A stretch of DNA of 64,000 nucleotides from Pavona decussata (Eukaryota): positions 1,488,001 through 1,552,000 of the forward strand of contig CDRNST010000436.1 of the NCBI GenBank assembly GCA_977016875.1. The letters are read 5' to 3'. The translations under genes and the position numbers were made by a program. Below, piece by piece: positions 60,263 through 64,000 of this stretch. Position 1 is the stretch's first letter. The number at the start of each line of letters is the position of its first letter. The notes beneath the pieces were generated by a model. The model did not search any database. It was not told where the DNA came from and worked only from the letters and a program-made list of their open reading frames with translations.

Positions 60263-61827
60263 TAACATTTGGTTAAAAAAAAAATTAAAATAAAAAATAA
60301 AACAAAGACAGTTGAATACGATAACTCGAACAAGGGGAACACCAAACTGACCGAATAACGAAACACTTTCCCTGCTTCACTCACAACACAATATAACACC
60401 GGTGACGTTACGTACTTATGCTCCCCGTGCGTCCCTCTAGAGTGGAACAAGCATTTCGGAAACTTTCATTTTCGCCCGAAGAAAATTTTCATATGTGGGA
60501 CGTCGTTTAATACAACCACTCCGTTAAAGCATTTTTTAGTAACGCTTTCGAAAGCCAGACGTCTCAAATGCACCAACGCAAACCTAAACATAACAGTCCA
60601 GTTTTGTTAAATGTTAGTATGCTACTGTACTGTAACTATTCGTGAGTGCCGTTGGCTACAGTTAGTCAGAATGAAAATGGATTGCAACTTGAAAAGGTTT
60701 GGCCAGCTTTTTCAATTTCTGCCGTTGTGTCATGCAAAAGATCGATATAAACTATTTAAAAGGTTCGTTTCTTCAGGACTTGACTAAAATCTTCTTGGTT
60801 GTATATAAGCATTCTACTCACGACGAAGGGTTTCTATAAATTATGTTAGAATAATTTTGACAAAATATCATGAGCTAAATTTCCGTGATGTACGCGGGTC
60901 AGTGGCTGGATTTCCATTGAAGTTCTTTGTGTCGTCACGCAACGTGACAACGGAAAGAAGGGCTGCTCGGTCGGCACTATCTGTGATAGAATGAATCAGG
61001 AAACTTGCTTTTGAGTTTTGTAGGAAGTGCAAGTTAACCGGGGGCGAGTTTTCGAGATTCTACTCAGTGTGTAGCTTTAGTTATTTATTTGAGTAATAAA
61101 ACTGAACTATATTTTAGTCTAACGTGAGATACTTTTTTTAAGGTAAAAAGGTTGAGAAAGTAGCGCAAGTCGTTCAATGCCTTTTTCTTCTTCACAGTAG
61201 TAAAGGGTATGGTTGAGGGAAAGTTCGTACCGCCATCAACCCTCCGCGCCCTCCCCTCCCATTCCCGAGCTCCGTCCTCTCTCTCGCTAGCAGTATGATA
61301 CTATCTCTCAGAAGTTCCGAACGAGAAGAGAATCCCTTGGAGGGGACAGGACGATGGGACCTTTGGTTGAAAGGGCGCGCGCATAGGGAAAACAGAAGCT
61401 CCAAAAGGCTTCCCCACCCCTCCCCCACTAAACCAAAATCAGAGCATCGCGTGACAAGGTAATAAATTCGTGACAACAAGACAAGTATTGCAACCGCTAT
61501 CCTCTGTCGGGCCCGAACATTTATATAATGAGAAACGAAAGCAGATGATTTGCAATGAGGCGTTATTCCTCGTGCAACGGTAAATTAAGTGGAAGAAGCT
61601 TCCTGAATGTTTATAAATGGCTGTTGGTGATTCCAAAAGGACTTCAAAACAACTCTCCTTTGTTACATCTGCGCGAAGGTGTAGTCCATGAATGATGAAT
61701 TTACTTTTGGGATCGTCGCAAGTTCGCTGCAGAACAAAGGGACTAGCCAAAGAAAATCCTACCATCGTTTGATACGGTACATAAGTCTGACCTAACAGCT
61801 ACCTGGCATGATCATGATCAGTTTAAT

Positions 61828-62061
61828 TCAACCCAGCAAGTCGATTCTGTTTTGCTTTTTCTTTTCCTGTAACCACTGTTTCTTACACTCTTGATAAGCC
61901 TTGAAATAGTCTCTGCACTTGCTATTGTCGTAATTGTTGTCAGCCAAACACTTATACGAGGCGTCCATTGCCCCAGAACACGAATACCCATCGAAAAATC
62001 TGTGGGCATTGGGGTCCATTCCTGGGGTATGGCCTTTTGGAGGACCGTTTGGTCGACTCAT
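61828..62061 (-). CDS. CHCHD7: Twin CX9C mitochondrial intermembrane-space protein, CHCHD7/COX23-like, 77 aa
   Basis: C-SGAMDASYK-C-LADNNYDNSK-C-RDYFKAYQE-C-KKQW: CX9C-X10-CX9C with the NNYD and CKKxW signature. Confidence 0.85.
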   Translation of the reverse strand: MSRPNGPPKGHTPGMDPNAHRFFDGYSCSGAMDASYKCLADNNYDNSKCRDYFKAYQECKKQWLQEKKKQNRIDLLG

Positions 62062-62328
62062 CTTCTAATTGCTTGGTCGTTGTTGAGGCGATTGCAACAT
62101 TGGATTGAAAATTGACACAGGTTCTGATCACAAAACGGCTTCTTCTGGTTCAGTAAGGTAGGAGAGCCAAGAAATTATAAAATCAGCTTTGCTCAACCAT
62201 CCTGTGAACGCGATCAAATCTCTTTGAGATTGCGTGACTGGGCGTGACTATATATGTGACGAATTTCAGACAGCTGTAATAATGAACAGCGGATACAACT
62301 ACAAGAGTATGTGCTCTATCCAGTCTTG

Positions 62329-62340
62329 TTTCCCGCCAAA
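62329..62340 (+). promoter_or_regulatory. E2F-type site in the CHCHD7/POLE intergenic promoter
   Basis: TTTCCCGCCAAA about 130 bp upstream of the POLE ATG. Confidence 0.6.
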
Positions 62341-62467
62341 AAATTAAAATGCGACGACTTCGCGGATGTGTTGCAGATTTCAACTCGTAAACGTTGTTTT
62401 AGCTTTCTTTTCCTCGATGATTGATCGGAAATTCTTAGATCGTTGATAAAAGACTTCGAAGCCAACC

Positions 62468-62925
62468 ATGGTCCTTCTGAACAGCGGGAAGAGAAAGAAA
62501 GGAGACGGTGAACAAAGCGATGACAACGATTCTCGTTCGCGTTCGCGGTGAGGAAGCCATCTTGGATTCTGTTCAATATGATCAGAGTATTATTTGTAAA
62601 ATAAGTTTGGAGTTAAAAACAAACAGTACCACAGACAAGATTGATCACACTTTAACTAAGATATCACCTACTGATTCACATTATCTGTCATTTAGTGAAA
62701 GAGTTTGTAATTTAGCTTAATTAAAAGTACATGTTTTCATGGATATGAGTTTCAAGAAAACTGTGTGCTTTAATTTCAAACGTTTTTCACAGGCCTGATG
62801 AAGGTGCCTCAACTGAAGCAAGAGTCAACAGGATTCAATCGAATGATGTACTAGACGTGAAGTATGGCTTTGATCGCTACAAAGATTCAGTTGACAGGCT
62901 AGGTTGGCTGATCAACATGCATCCA
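62468..62925 (+). CDS. POLE: DNA polymerase epsilon catalytic subunit A, exons 1-2 (gene continues beyond window)
   Basis: Exon 1 is 62468-62547 (MVLLNSGKRK...; CG|gtgag, phase 2). Exon 2 is 62793-62925 and encodes DVKYGFDRYKDSVDRLGWLINMHP|gtaag, matching the conserved POLE N-terminal GWLINMHP motif. Not in the ORF track. Confidence 0.9.
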
Positions 62926-63097
62926 GTAAGCCGAACCTTCCAATGTTACATTCTTTCAGCTTTTATGGCAAGATTGCTGTGCAGCCCTATGCGTTAATTA
63001 TGTATGCATTTTGTGATTCAAACTCTCTTCACCCTTGCTGTTTTTGGAAGAGAGTTTCATGTACATGTAGTATGACAGTGGTAAATATACAATTTAA

Positions 63098-63483
63098 GGG
63101 CCTCTTCATATATAGGCCCAGTAACCAGGCTGGCCGGGTAGGCGAGACAAAATTTGTCTTCTGTTCATATGAGTAATTTAATCCCGGTTACCAAGATGAA
63201 AAATGTCCAAAAGGCTCCGAAAATACCCGTGGAACCACGCTCCAACTTGTCAGCGACCTTACTAGCCATGCACAGTTGAAAATATTTTTCCCGAGACAGT
63301 CCCAGTATCTGGGCTGGAGTGTTCATATGGGGAAAATTTCCAGCTCGGTTACCAAGATCTCGGTAACTGGGCCAGCCCGCCTTCTCTTATGAACACATCC
63401 AAATTTTTGTAAACAAAAGAGTGGTGAGGCAAGATCTCAGAAACTGAGCCAGTCCGGTCGACCAGGCTCATGTGAAGAGGCCC
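63098..63483. mobile_element. PIF/Harbinger-type MITE in POLE intron 2
   Basis: TAA|GGGCCTCTTCA...TGAAGAGGCCC|TAA: 3-bp TAA TSD with GGG termini. Confidence 0.8.
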
Positions 63484-64000
63484 TAAGTATGGGACTGTGT
63501 GGAAACCTTGCCAGCTATTCCATTTCTTCAAAGAAAAAGAACGCATGTACTGGAAATTTTTAATTTATTGGGATCAAATGTTGTGATCTCCATTATCACT
63601 GGCTTCTGACTGGTTAGTGTAAACCACTGTTCATAACCTCCTCCTCCCTTAAATATCATGCCCAAATATCTGGCAATTACCCAAAAGGATTTTTGGTTTT
63701 GACACCCCAACTCTCTTGAAAATATTCAATTTTGTCATCACACTTTCCAGTAAAAGTTTGGCTTTGGAAATCCCCATTCCCCTTGGTAATTCCAGTGATA
63801 TCCTATGTGGGTTATAGATATTTTCTGGAACCTCACAATTCAAGTTCAATGTAAGTATTCAGTTTGCATCTGCTTGCAAGTAATTTGGTTTACCCAGGGC
63901 TTAAAATTCTGAAGGCTAAATTTTTACTTAAGAGTAACATATAATCTTCCAAAGAGTAAAAAGAATAATTAAACCCCTTGAAATCTACTCAAAAGTTAGA

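Overview
This is eukaryotic, intron-rich, repeat-rich DNA with two assembly gaps. The gene set and repeat families suggest a marine invertebrate, most likely a stony coral or other anthozoan (inference). I built gene models by hand from GT-AG junctions and phase checks. They are: the 3' part of an HSPA12-type HSP70 (+); a complete 10-exon EI24 (-); two divergently oriented 4-exon CYP46A1-like P450 paralogues, with a third deleted P450 relic and an unrecognised 2-exon CaaX-ending gene between them; a 4-exon B4GALNT3/4-like glycosyltransferase (-); an intronless ARF GTPase (-); a CHCHD7/COX23-like twin-CX9C gene (-) head-to-head with the first two exons of POLE (+). Mobile DNA includes an internally deleted Kolobok transposon, elements with 5-, 6- and 9-bp target-site duplications, many MITEs and tRNA-headed SINEs. 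The most novel candidate is largely missed by the ORF track: a spliced ~115-aa secreted prepropeptide (signal peptide, dibasic sites, C-terminal Gly). Its long second intron would host both the Kolobok element and the antisense ARF gene. No database searches were run, so all family assignments come from motif recognition.
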